Position numbers and translations under genes: made by a program. A stretch of 51,371 nt of DNA from Octopus bimaculoides (lineage: Eukaryota): NCBI RefSeq assembly GCF_001194135.2, contig NC_068997.1, forward strand, positions 5,698,274 to 5,749,644, in the 5' to 3' direction. This document shows positions 36,310 to 48,203 of this stretch, piece after piece (the first letter of the stretch is position 1; the number at the start of each line of letters is the position of its first letter). The notes beneath the pieces are model-generated. The model was not told the origin of the DNA. It ran no database searches and was given only the letters and a program-made list of their open reading frames with translations.

Positions 36310-36570
36310 GAAGGTGCATGGGCTAGTGGTTAGAGTGTTGCACTCATGATTGTGATGTGGTTTTGATTCCTGAACTGGATGGTGCATTGTGTTTGTGAGC
36401 AATACACATCATTTCACATTGCTTTATTTATTTCAGCTGTAAATGACTTCCAGCTATAGCTGGGAAGTTAACCCTTCAGTGGACCATCATCCTGTTCAGG
36501 GATTAATGTTGTAATCTCAGTCTTTTATATGCTATGGGAATAGGGTTAAGCTCCAGCCTCATGAGTTCTA
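36310..36570 (+). mobile_element. tRNA-head SINE (family D) downstream of the PLRG1 stop; similar copies at about 8235-8310 and 24560-24780
   Basis: ggtgcatgggctagtggttagagtgttgcactcatgat...tttgattcctgaactgg...catttcacattgc...catcctgttcaggg. Confidence 0.6.
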
Positions 36571-37149
36571 GTGTCCATAACAGACCTAAGTCTAAGAGTT
36601 CAGAGTTCAAGCCTTGCTGGAATTGACTTTGTTTCAAATCTCAGGCGTCAATATAAAATAAATACATGCTTAGGGCTGAAGATCAGGGTAGGCTTAATCT
36701 GCCCATGTTGTGTGTGTCTCTCTGTATGTAAATATGTGTGTGTTTATATATATATGGAGAATATATAGGAAGATTTGTTTGGGGGGTTTGAAAATGCACC
36801 TGAATTTGAAAAGTGTGTAGTTGTTTTTAAATAGATTTATTCACATACATACCAAACTAGTTTCAACAATTTTTTGTTTATCAAAGGTACAAATATATAT
36901 AAAACAAGGGGATTTTAACAGAGTTTAAATAAAATCAAATGTTCACTTAAATTGAATGAGTTTCAAAACGCCGGTGTTAAAACGGAGGTAGCTGATGAAG
37001 TAGAATGTTCTCTATGTGGCTTGTGTGTTTTCTCGTCTCTGTTTTGTTTGCAATGTCCTGTACTCAGATATGCACCTATACATACAGGTGGATGTCGGTA
37101 TGCACATACCTGTACGTATATATGCATATACTCTTTTACTATTTGTTTT

Positions 37150-37179
<30 letters not shown>

Positions 37180-37180
<1 letters not shown>

Positions 37181-37475
37181 CAGGCTTAGTAAAAAGTAAG
37201 CAACGTTTTCTAACATGAAATTCATCACAATATATTTCAACAATGCAGAAATTTTATTCATCAAAGTAAGTACCATTACAATCAACACATTTTTGCCAAT
37301 GAGTTACAAGTTTGTTTATTCCGTTAACATAAAAATTTGGTGTTCTGGAACTGATGAACTCTCTGAATGCACTTTCAGCATTGGTTTGATTTTTGAACTC
37401 CTCTCGCAGGAAATCATCAAGGTACTTGAAAAAGTGGTAGTTGGTAGGAGAAAGGTCTGGGGAATAAGCTGGGTG
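37180..37475 (-). mobile_element. Mariner (Hsmar1/SETMAR-like) transposon 3' end with TIR
   Basis: HPAYSPDLSPTNYHFFKYLDDFL...GINKLVTHWQKCVDCNGTYFD* is a mariner transposase C-terminus (YSPDL motif). TA|TCAGGCTTAGTAAAAAGTAAGCAACGTTTT resembles the mariner TIR TA|TTAGGTTGGTGCAAAAGTAATTGCGGTTTT. Confidence 0.92.
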
Positions 37476-39478
37476 TGTGTGTGTCTGTGTTTGTACCCTC
37501 ACCATCACTTTACAACTGATGTTGGTGTATTTACATCCCTGTAACTTCGTGGTTTGGCAAAAGAGACTGATAGAATAAGTACGAGGCTTTCAAAGAATAA
37601 ATCCTGGGGATGATTTGCTCGACTAAAGGCGGTGCTCCAACATGGCTGCAGTCAAATGACTGAAACAAGTAAAATAATAAAATACTATGCCATTTTAATC
37701 CCAAGCAATGCCACGTATCTCTGCTAGAATATACAGATATGTGTGTGTGTATGTATGTATGTATCATCACAATCATTACTTAGTGTCTGTTTTCCATGCT
37801 GGCATGGATTAGACAGTTTGACTGAAGCTGGTAAGCTGCACCAGGCTCCAGTCATCTCTTTTGATTTGGTTTCTCTGGCTGGATGCTGTTCCTAACATCA
37901 ACCACTTTACAGAGTATACAAGGTGCCTATTATGTGTCACCAGCGTAATGGACATGTCATAGCCACAGCTTTCAAACTGAAACTAGTTAAAGTGTATGTA
38001 TATATATATATATATATATATATAAGAATTCTTAAATATACTCAAATACCCAAAATTTCAAGGAGTTCCTGCCTTAAAAACAGGAACTAAACCACAGTTA
38101 TTTTGTGTTCTTTGCTACATTGGTTTCTATTAACCCATTTATTCTATCAGAAGAATTTTTATTCATTAAGATAGAAGAAATACACATAATTATATATATA
38201 TATATATGTCTGTATGTATATTATCATTATCATCATTGTTTTAACATCCACTTTTCCATACCTGTATGGGCCAGACATAATTTGTTGAGGTAGATTTTCT
38301 GTAGCTGGATGTCCTTGTTATCAACTGTCACTTGTTTCCAAGCTGGATAATATTGTAATTTTTCACCAAGGCCGACATGTATTTCATGAACAACATTGCT
38401 TGCATGATAATGACACTTGTCTATAACTGTCATGTGACGTCAAACATAGATATGCACACACACATACACACGTACATACATTTATTTATAAACACTGTCC
38501 AACACATGCCAGCATGGAACATAGGACATTAAACAATGATGATGATGACACATTGATACAGTAGGCTTCTACACAGTTTCTATCTACTAAATTCACTCAC
38601 AAGGCCTTTAGTCAACTTGGGGTCATAGTAGAAGATACTTACCCAAGGTGCCATGCAATGGGACTGAACCTGAAACCATGTGGTTAGGAGACACTTCTTA
38701 ACTACACAACCATACTTTATATGTATATGTTTGTGTCTTGTTTATTGTTTTCATGCTGATTAAAAACAATCTTTGACAAAAACATGCCTGGCCATTGAAC
38801 TGTTGAGTTGTTCAATGCACTAGGGGTAATAATATCTTACTTGGTCACAAGTGAAGTCTGGCATTGAGAAGACCGTTCAGCTTTAGAAAATCTACCTCGG
38901 CAAGTTTCATCTGTATGTCAGTACCTCTCTCCCTAGTTGAGGGCTCTTGTCCTACAAGTTATTTGGTCACTTTACTGCTGCTGGTGCCACATAAAAAGCA
39001 CCCAGTACTCTCTTTAAAGTGGTTGGCATTAGGCAGAGCATCTAACCACAGAAATCCATATCAAAACACAGTAGGGTTTGATGCAATCTTCTGGCTAGTC
39101 ACTTGCTGTCAAACTGTCCTAGCAATGTCAACATGGAGAAATGAACGTTAAATGATGATGATGGTAATAATGCGTGTGTATGTGTATATATATATATGTG
39201 TGTGTGAGTGTGTATATATATATAGTGTTTGTCCCCCACCACTGCTAGACAGTTGGTGTTGGTGTGTTTACATTCCTGTAACATGGTTCAGCAGACACTG
39301 ATAGAATAAGTACCAGGCTTTACAAAAAACAATAACTACTGGCTGATTTGTTCAACTAGATTCTTCAAGGCAGTCCCCCTAGCATGGCCAGAGTCTAATG
39401 ACTGAAATAGTCAAAAGGTAAAAGATATATATGATATTAGCATAATGACTCTCCCTAGATACAGCAATATATATATAC

Positions 39479-39533
<55 letters not shown>

Positions 39534-40161
39534 ATATACTAGACTACCCATGACCTGTTGGGTCACCTGGAAAGTCAGTTTCCCAGCAACAGAGTTTTGT
39601 TTTGTGGGTTTTTTTTTTCTTTTCCAGGTTATTTCGCATGCTTTCAATGAACAGGATATCAATATCACATGTAAACGGCTCCTTTCCCTGGAAAAGGAAA
39701 GATTTGGCTGCTATTCCTTGCATGCCCTGCTACCACATAACAGATATTTTGGGTCCTTTATCACAAATAGCTGTTATGTGGCGGCAGGGCATGCTAGAAA
39801 TAGCAGCCAAATCTTTGAAGCTGAGATATGTTGAATGCACTAAAAAAAAATTTGTAATAGTATTCTCTTGGAGTGATCTTTCATTATGACTCTCAGAACT
39901 GTCATCCGGATCAGCTGTTTTTTTTTTGATAATTTCCGTAAAATTTTTTTTATTTATTTACTCTTGTCTTAAAGTGAAAGATGTATGAACATGTATATGA
40001 AATGGATGTGTGTGTGTGTTAGAGAGAGTTCCACTTACACATAAATCAGAACACACACGTTCACTCTCTCACACACATGCACATGTACATATAAAACAGA
40101 TGTATGCATATGTATTGATGTATGTGTGTATACATGACAGCACACCCCTTCACTCTCTCTT

Positions 40162-40214
<53 letters not shown>

Positions 40215-40223
40215 TTCTCTCTC

Positions 40224-40233
40224 NNNNNNNNNN
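40224..40233. other. Assembly gap (10 N) inside (CT)n
   Basis: Ns in the sequence. Confidence 1.
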
Positions 40234-40239
40234 TCTCTT

Positions 40240-40278
<39 letters not shown>

Positions 40279-42779
40279 TTCATAGAAATAAGGATTGTAA
40301 TGTATGTAGTCTTGGCCATGTCGACAACTCTGATCAGGAGAATCATATCATAATAGAATACTGAGTTTTTTGTGAATCTCAGAGATTCCTGTTTCTGGTC
40401 ATATATATATGGTTGTATGTGTGTATTTAGGAGTGAATCATTGGTTACTGCTTGCTTACTAATCTATCAACAAAGTGATTGGAAATTCTTATCCAGTTAC
40501 CATTTTGTTGTAGTGTGTCTAGGGTAAGCCATCATTCAATAGTTGAGTCCACTTAGCTTTATGCAGATACCACTAGATGGTCATAGTCTACAGCAGAACA
40601 GGGTAAAAGTCACTTGTGTTGCGCTGGCGCCTTCTCCAAGACGCTTCATCGCTGCTCCCCTCCCCCCTCTCTCTCACACACAGAGAAAAATCGAAGAGTT
40701 ACCTCCCGTTGTGTGTCAGGCTGAGAAAAAAACTTGGCAGCACTCGTATTGAAGCTTGATGGACTTTCAACATCTGGGATGATAACTTTCTCGAATAATA
40801 GAAACGTTCATAAGTTAATTCAGTTATACAAGCACGAACCAACCCGATAACTATCAGCCATGCGATTAGACCTTGTTCTCAGATAACAATATTTTAAAGA
40901 CTGCTACATTACTTGAATATTTTAGCGTCATAAATTTCTGACTCCTCACTCTCCCATCATGTATCTTTTACATTAAACATGTATCATGTGTCTCGTATCT
41001 TATTCATTAAACACTAACGCAAATTTTATATCAAGGAACCATTCTTGATTCTGTTCTTTGCTGGACTTTCAGATTTTCCTTTTGAACCACCAATGGCGTT
41101 ACGTCTAAGGGAGATAACTCTTCTATAACTAAAAAAAAAATTTTTCTTACACTTAAGACAACGTTGCTAGGAATAACAGCAGATACACTGAAAACGTTGA
41201 AAACTTTTTTTTAAAAATAAGGAGTACACTGGACAAGGGAAAAAGACGGGATGGAGATGATGGGAATGTATTCTTTTTGCTCATGATAAGTCAGTTTTAT
41301 AAGGGTTGACAATGAGTTTACAACTGACGGATCAAGATTTTGGTGTTGTCGGTATTATGTAACCCTATTCCTCACTTTATCGGTCAACTTTCATTAAGCA
41401 GACTTATTTTATGTTGGTAGAGGGCTATTGTTGTTGTTTAACCCCGGTAAGCCCTAAATGAGCAGACCTATGATCAAAGGCATTCCAGCCAGCCATGATC
41501 ATCCTGTCTTTTTCATATGTGCAACCCACGTCCTTATAATCATGAGGCCATTAACTGAACCACTAGGACACATGTCTTCATAAGTTGTGGGATACTTCAA
41601 GGTATAGTATGGTGTATACCAAAGCAATACATACAGTATGGTGTAGATCACACAGTATACCATAATGCTACAATGAGTATGGTGTCACCAAGGTATTACA
41701 TACAACATTGTGTAACAGAAGCATATGCATATCTCTTCTATTTTTTAATTATTATAAATTTTCCATAGAGGAGGGAGCCAGTTTCCAACAAAGATACAAG
41801 GCTCCAGACAAATTCACATTTGGAACTTGAGAAAAGTCTTGCATATTTTTACTGTATGTATGTATGTATGCATGTATGTGTGTATGTATGTGCCTCCTTT
41901 ATCCACCATTTTAATAACAATAGAATCATTGTTTGCTAGGCAATGGAGCGCTGGGAATCCATAAGGTTATTCCAGCTCTTTTTCTTACAGGTTTTAAGGC
42001 TTTCTCTAATTCCTGTCTGACAAGATTTGAGAAATTCCAACAGTGCTTGTGAATGTCTCTCCTGAGCTTTCTCTGGATACCAGTTTGGATTCTTTAACAT
42101 CCAATTATGCCAGATCCGATCATCATCATCGTTTCTTTCAACAGACACGAGGCTTTCTTTCCTTCTCTGTAATTGAGGTTTGGATCTCAGACCAAAGACT
42201 GATGATGTTGTTTTACTTGGAAAGAAATGCAGTTATTCTGGTTTAATTTTGAATGTTTCAGCGTTTCCTGTCTTTGAATTTAATTTAATTTTATATTTTG
42301 AACTTGTAAAAGACACATTTTGTTTCATTTTAATAAACAGAGTCAATGTCTATTAATAACCAATAACAATCGTGCTCTTTTTCTTAATAATAATAATAAA
42401 AATAATAACAAAAATAAATTATTATTATTAATATTATTGTTGTTGTTATTATTGTAGTTGTTATCATCATCATGTCTCAAATACGTTATGATGAAGGAAG
42501 ATAAAAAAGGATGGGGATGATCAGTGATGATGATAAAGCTGACGTCATTGCCTCTTTCTAAAAACAGGTGTTCCTGTGTTTTATGTTTGTGGAATTTGTC
42601 TAAATCAGTTCTCAGAAAGAATACCAGGGTGGCTTGTTAGTGGTGTTTATGTTAGAGGTTTGGCATCTTTTTAAATTTGTCCATTCAACATCAGGGTAGA
42701 CAGATGGCTTGGTGTATGGTTAGATAGATAAAAAAATACATTAAGAGATATATACATAGATATATAATATATAAAATAG

Positions 42780-42842
<63 letters not shown>

Positions 42843-43079
42843 TATATATATATGTACACACATGCACACACACACATACACACATATAATCATACATTTA
42901 TACATAGGCAAATAAAGAATGAAAGTGGGATATATAGGATAGTAGAAATATTGACAGAGTGATATATGTGTGTGTATGTGTGTATACATACATATATGTA
43001 TACATCACCCCCACATATTTATATTCATATGTAGTCATATATCCACATGTGCATGCATATATACATTTATATATACATA

Positions 43080-43114
<35 letters not shown>

Positions 43115-43283
43115 ACATGTGCATGTGAGTTTTTCTCTCACCATTTTCTTTCCTCATTCCTTTCTGCCAAAGAGCAAAGTCATGAAACTATCAAAGACTT
43201 TTCCATTTTTTCTGAGTGTCAAACTAATATACCTTGTTTGATGTTCTCTCCTCCAGTCTCTGTCTTTTGTACATTTGAACCAT

Positions 43284-43318
<35 letters not shown>

Positions 43319-43759
43319 GATCATTGTCATCAAGTCATCTAATGTTTGTCTTCCATGCTTGTTTGGATGCATGGATTGGAAGGTTTGTGAAGAACCAATG
43401 GACCTGAGTACTGCATCAAGTTCCAATGGTTGTTTGTATAGTTTCTATGGCTGAGAAATAAATTGGTTGATAAGGCGATAACTAGATAGAGGTGAATACA
43501 GAAAAGTGTGTATGTATGTGGGTGTGTGTATGTATTGTGTAAATACATACATATATATATATATATATATGTAATTGACTAATGGGTATATGTCAATTAG
43601 TGTGGTGATGTGGTGAGTAAAACACTTGCACAGTTTGGGCTACCTGGTGTCATCTGCAACACAGTACGATGCACAACTCACCCATAAGGGACAGTTGGTC
43701 GATGGGCTTGAAATGATTGTCGTACACAATAAAGGCTAATACACATACATACATATATA

Positions 43760-44100
43760 TGGAAAAAAAAGTCAAGGTAGAAAATGCTAAAATAATTTTA
43801 TAAAAAACATTTTAGTACTGGTTTCAGTCAGAGACTTTTTCAACTCTTAAGTATAGAAAACAATTAAATTTTGGAAAAATTAAATGAAAAGTTTTTTAAA
43901 AGAATATTTGCATAGTGTTCAAATACAAGGGGAATTTCCCTTGTTTCTGTCTCTCTTGTTGACTGACATAACAAACAGCTGGAGATGAAACTCTTGACAA
44001 AAAACCATGAGATGGCAGGTCCAAAGTACATAAAAATACACATTTACCGTTCAATTACCAGTTAGTAATTGTTGCAGCAGTTGCAAGGTATTTACAGTTA
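43760..44100 (+). mobile_element. Unclassified interspersed repeat, possibly a Penelope-type terminus
   Basis: aaaagtcaaggtagaaaatgctaaaata...actggtttcagtc..agagactttttcaac resembles recalled Penelope-like ends (accggtttcgg...ttttcaac). No coding evidence. Confidence 0.3.
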
Positions 44101-44299
44101 CATATTAACCCTTAAATTAACATTTAATACATGTGCTTAACATATATATATTAAGAAATTTATCTATAATAATTATTGTGGCACCTACTGTTAAATTAGC
44201 AGTTCATACATGTGTTCATACATGTGTCAAACTGTCCAACCCATCCCAGAATGGAAGGAAAATGGATATTAAATGATGGTGATGATGATGATGATGACA

Positions 44300-44570
44300 T
44301 CAAGTCTCTGGAAAGATTCCACGAAACATGCTTTTGGAGGATCTTAAACAGAAAAATGGTAGTCTCTAACATCAGACACCATTGCTCTTCAGCAAGCTAG
44401 CACATCCAATATTGAAATGCTCCTCATATACAGACAGATGCACTGGGTTGGGCACCTTACTAGTATGCAGGATGACGGTTTACCTAAGCAGTTGTAACAT
44501 GGTAACATGTCCAAAATATAAACTTAAGAAACGTTTCTAGGGATGTCATCAAAAGCAAAGCCTTCATCCA
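44300..44570 (+). mobile_element. RTE (BovB-like) LINE fragment, degraded
   Basis: LERFHETCFWRILN followed by frameshifted cagatgcactgggttgggcacc (Q.RW.GH) and RLPK-like remnants. Confidence 0.65.
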
Positions 44571-45759
44571 ATGACTGAAACAAGTACAAAATAAACGGAT
44601 ACTCAGTGGAAAAGCCACTGCTCATTACCATCACAGGGACTCCAAAAACTAGTTAAATTAATATAGTTGGTGTTTATTCTAAATTGTTGTTGGTAGTAAA
44701 AAAAAAAAAAAAACAAGGGCCAGAAGGGATTTCAAAGGGTTGATGTTCTTAGGGAGGAAGAAGTGAGATAGTATGGAGGATTAGAGAGCAGGAGAAATAT
44801 ATTTGTCAGTGGAAGGATGGAGGAGATAATACAACTAGCAAGTTGGGAAGAACAAAGGCCATAGTAGTTGTGGTAGAATAAGCACAATGAGGAAACAGCA
44901 TATATGTGGACCAGAGATTGCAACTGTGTTGGTGAGGAAGTCTTAGTAAAATAGATGGTCTTTTGGATATAGTAATGGATGCTCATATGTTCATTTAGGA
45001 TGTCTACTTTTACATGCTTCAATGTGTTGGATGAATTTTGTTGAAGATTTTCTAAAGCTTGATGTGCTTCCTGTCATCAATCCTTACCTGTTTCCAAGTA
45101 AGGTAATAACTCCCTCATGACCAGACATGTTTTCACAGAAGATTGGAAATGAAGGACATTACTTGCATGATGGTGATATTTGTTTACAGCTATCACATGA
45201 AATCAAGGTAAGGGGACAGTGACACACACATTTGCACATATAGATATGCATGGATGCATACATACATACACATACATTACAGGCTTCTTTCAGTTTCTCC
45301 TGTCTACCAAACCCATTCACTAGGCTTTGGTCAATCTGGGGCTGTAGTAGAAGACACTTACCCCAAAGTGCCATGCAGTGGGACTGAACCTGAGACCATG
45401 TTATTGGGAAACAAGCTACGACACAGCCACACTTGAGCCTATATTACCTCATTCATGTGAAATATTTCGATAATTAAAGCTATTACAGCACCATCACCTT
45501 GTTTATGTGAAATATATCTATGATTAAAGAATGACAGTAGTACCACCATCTTGTTTATCTGAAATATTTTTATGATAAAAGAGTGACAGTAGAACAAATC
45601 ATGTTGAAGGGAAATAAATGCATGATTAAAAAGTGATAAATTCAATGACATGTACTTGGTGTGTACTGGAACAGAAACTTGTCTAAGTTACTGCAAGCAA
45701 TCTTGGGACCTGAAAAAAAAAAAAAAACCAAAAAATTTTAGTTCAACACCTTGAATACA

Positions 45760-46620
45760 TTTGACTTTTGGCTGTTGTTTGAAGAGTTGCAGAAACTGTT
45801 GAAGAGAAACCGGAAAATTCCCAAGTACAGAAGTAGTGATCAGAGCCTAAAGGTCAACATTGCAAAGATGGGAGTGGAAATTAGTAACAGAAGTTACAAA
45901 ACACTTGTGTTATCCGGTGAATGGCCTTGTTTGATATGTAGAAAAGGAAGTACACAAGAACTTGATACTCTGTATTTAGGTCAAGCAACTGGTACAGAGA
46001 AGGTGCAAGTTGGCATAGTGACAAGAGAACCAAGATTTCAAATGTTAAAGAGATGTACAGAAATAGTCAGCAGTAGGGACACTTGTGAAATGGTATCTAT
46101 CTATCAACTGATCAGGCGTAGTCTAGTCTATGTTACCTTAGTGACATAATTACTGCTGGAGAGTGGTATTGGTGGTGAAACTTGGAGGGAAAGTAACAGT
46201 AGCTTGTATAAGAAAGGGATAGGAATAATTCAGGACGCTGTGTTACATCATTTTGGCAAAAAAGGTTTCTGTCTTGCTCCCTACACACCCCCACTTTCTC
46301 ATTCTCTCTACCCCACTCTCTCTGTTATGGAAGACCGATCATATGAAAAAAATGTAAGGAGTATGATGCAATATGGCAGTGAGGCGTGACATATTGACAG
46401 CTGCTTCAAACCTCATTACCATATTGCATCACAGATCCGCAGAGCCTGGAGAGAAAGGAATTGAATATGATTATGATTTATTGGAATTGTAAGAGAAACT
46501 TTCATGAAAAAAGTGACGCTAAAGTGAGAGGAGAAAGTGGCTGAGTATTAAAGGTATGAAACAGCAAAGTGCTGTACATAGCAGAGATGCCTGCAGGGCT
46601 ACAGATACCACCAGCTGTGT
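45760..46620 (+). mobile_element. RTE-clade LINE RT fragment, degraded and rearranged
   Basis: LKVNIAKM...SGEWPCLICRKG (GLKVN..KTK / GKWPC..CRKG pattern) and VRSMMQYGSEA (R..MLYGSE.W motif), with stops and frameshifts. Confidence 0.7.
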
Positions 46621-47252
46621 TAAAAAAATAAAAGAAACATAGTAGCATGTGTTGACATTTTTCTGCATGGTTTCTTATGGTTCAGCTGTTAGGGTTTTCT
46701 GTGATGAAATTATACCATCCGATTAGCGTTCCAGCCATGACCATCTCACCTTCTTTTCTGGTACAATATATCTAGGATTGAGTTCAGCAGCACATTCAAA
46801 AAGATTTTTAATTGGTAAGATGCAGTCTGAGTGAGATTTGGCTGCTATTTTTAACAGACTGCTTAGAGAGGCTTCATTCCCGTCTCCATGGAGGAACTAG
46901 AAAGACATGTGGGGAAATGGGTGAGATTAGAACTGAAAATCAACACCTTCAGGGAGACAATTAATGATACAGATTTGGTTTGAATGGCTTTTGGCAAGTA
47001 GGATACTGAACCACACACACACACATTTAAACCGTACAAAAAATTATCCGACAAAGAACTCAGTTATTTTTTCAATAAAAAATTTAACGATGACGGAAGT
47101 GTCATTGAAATTCTTTAAAAAGAAAGTGTTTTCCACAAAACTTTAAAAAATGCCATCAATATTGATGTTAATGTATGTGTGTGGGTGTATTTCTCTTTCT
47201 CACGGAGAGAAAGAAAGAACAGGGAGAGAGAGAGAGAGCAACACACACACAC

Positions 47253-47306
<54 letters not shown>

Positions 47307-47349
47307 CATACATTGGTGTGTGTGTATGTATACTGTTATCAGCAGCATT

Positions 47350-47645
47350 GCGTACACATGGCTGAGTGGTTAAGGTCGCTTTGCAACTACGAAGGCTCGG
47401 GTTCTATCTCAATGTCGGGTATTTTTGAGTGTCTTTTACCATAACTTTTAGTTGTTCCAGCCTTTGTGAGTGAAGCTGGGTAGATAGAAAATGCGCGCCC
47501 GTTGGATGGCCTGGACTGGACTTGTAACTTTGTTACAGCGCACTGTGTAAAGCTGATTGAGTCGAAGATGGTTTCATCTGTGGAATACTCAGTTACTTCA
47601 CTATAATTCAATGAATTATACAGTTGATCGAACGAGAATCCACTT
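47350..47645 (+). mobile_element. tRNA-head SINE with conserved central domain
   Basis: Head catggctgagtggttaag...gggttctatctc, then cactgtgtaaagctga...tctgtggaatactcag...cagttgatcg. This matches the domain at about 23385-23500(+) and 9150-9460(-). Confidence 0.7.
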
Positions 47646-47651
47646 ACTTTA

Positions 47652-47870
47652 TATTTTACCAGTAGCAAAACTGCCCCTATAGACACGGATGATTTCTTCA
47701 CCCTCCCCTCCCCACCATATAAACCAATCATCTAGTTCATCATCATCATCACTATGGCCATCACCACTTTCGTTAGTACTGTTGCTACTGCTGCTATTAA
47801 CGGCTTCCCTTCCTCCTGTTAAAAACAACAATAACAAAATAGAAGTGTGGTGTATTATTTGCACTGCCAT
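47652..47870 (-). CDS. Candidate orphan exon / small secreted protein (73 aa from MAVQ)
   Basis: MAVQIIHHTSILLLLFLTGGREA|VNSSSSNSTNESGDGHSDDDDELDDWFIWWGGEGEEIIRVYRGSFATGKI. Signal-peptide-like start, N-X-S/T sequons, two donor-like sites at the 3' end. No recognised homology. Confidence 0.25.
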
Positions 47871-48171
47871 GCTCCTACAGATCATGTACGCTGCTCTTCT
47901 CCAGTTTAATAGCATGTCGGCCGACCGAAAGAATTTTAAGCAAAAGATATCATGCTGATATTCACTTGGTTTCACCTCACGTTCAGATCTTTTTTGTTTT
48001 TATAACTCTCACTCCCTCACACACACACACACACACACACATACCGTATATTTGGTAGTGTACCGAACTGCTATCCCCTTCTCTATGTCTCTTTCTCTCT
48101 TTCAGTCTATTTTTATGCATATGTGAGTGTTGTCTCTGATTCTATCTATTCACCCTCTCACCCTGTGAATT

Positions 48172-48203
<32 letters not shown>

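Noticed and set aside
47387-47731. 114-aa minus-strand ORF, and the idea of fusing it to ORF 47649-47975 by a 1-nt frameshift at GGTAAAATAT
   Set aside because: Most of it is the antisense of a SINE. The head at 47350-47445 matches the other SINE heads, and 47520-47645 matches the domain at 23385-23500 and 9150-9460. The protein-like appearance, including GKR, is spurious.
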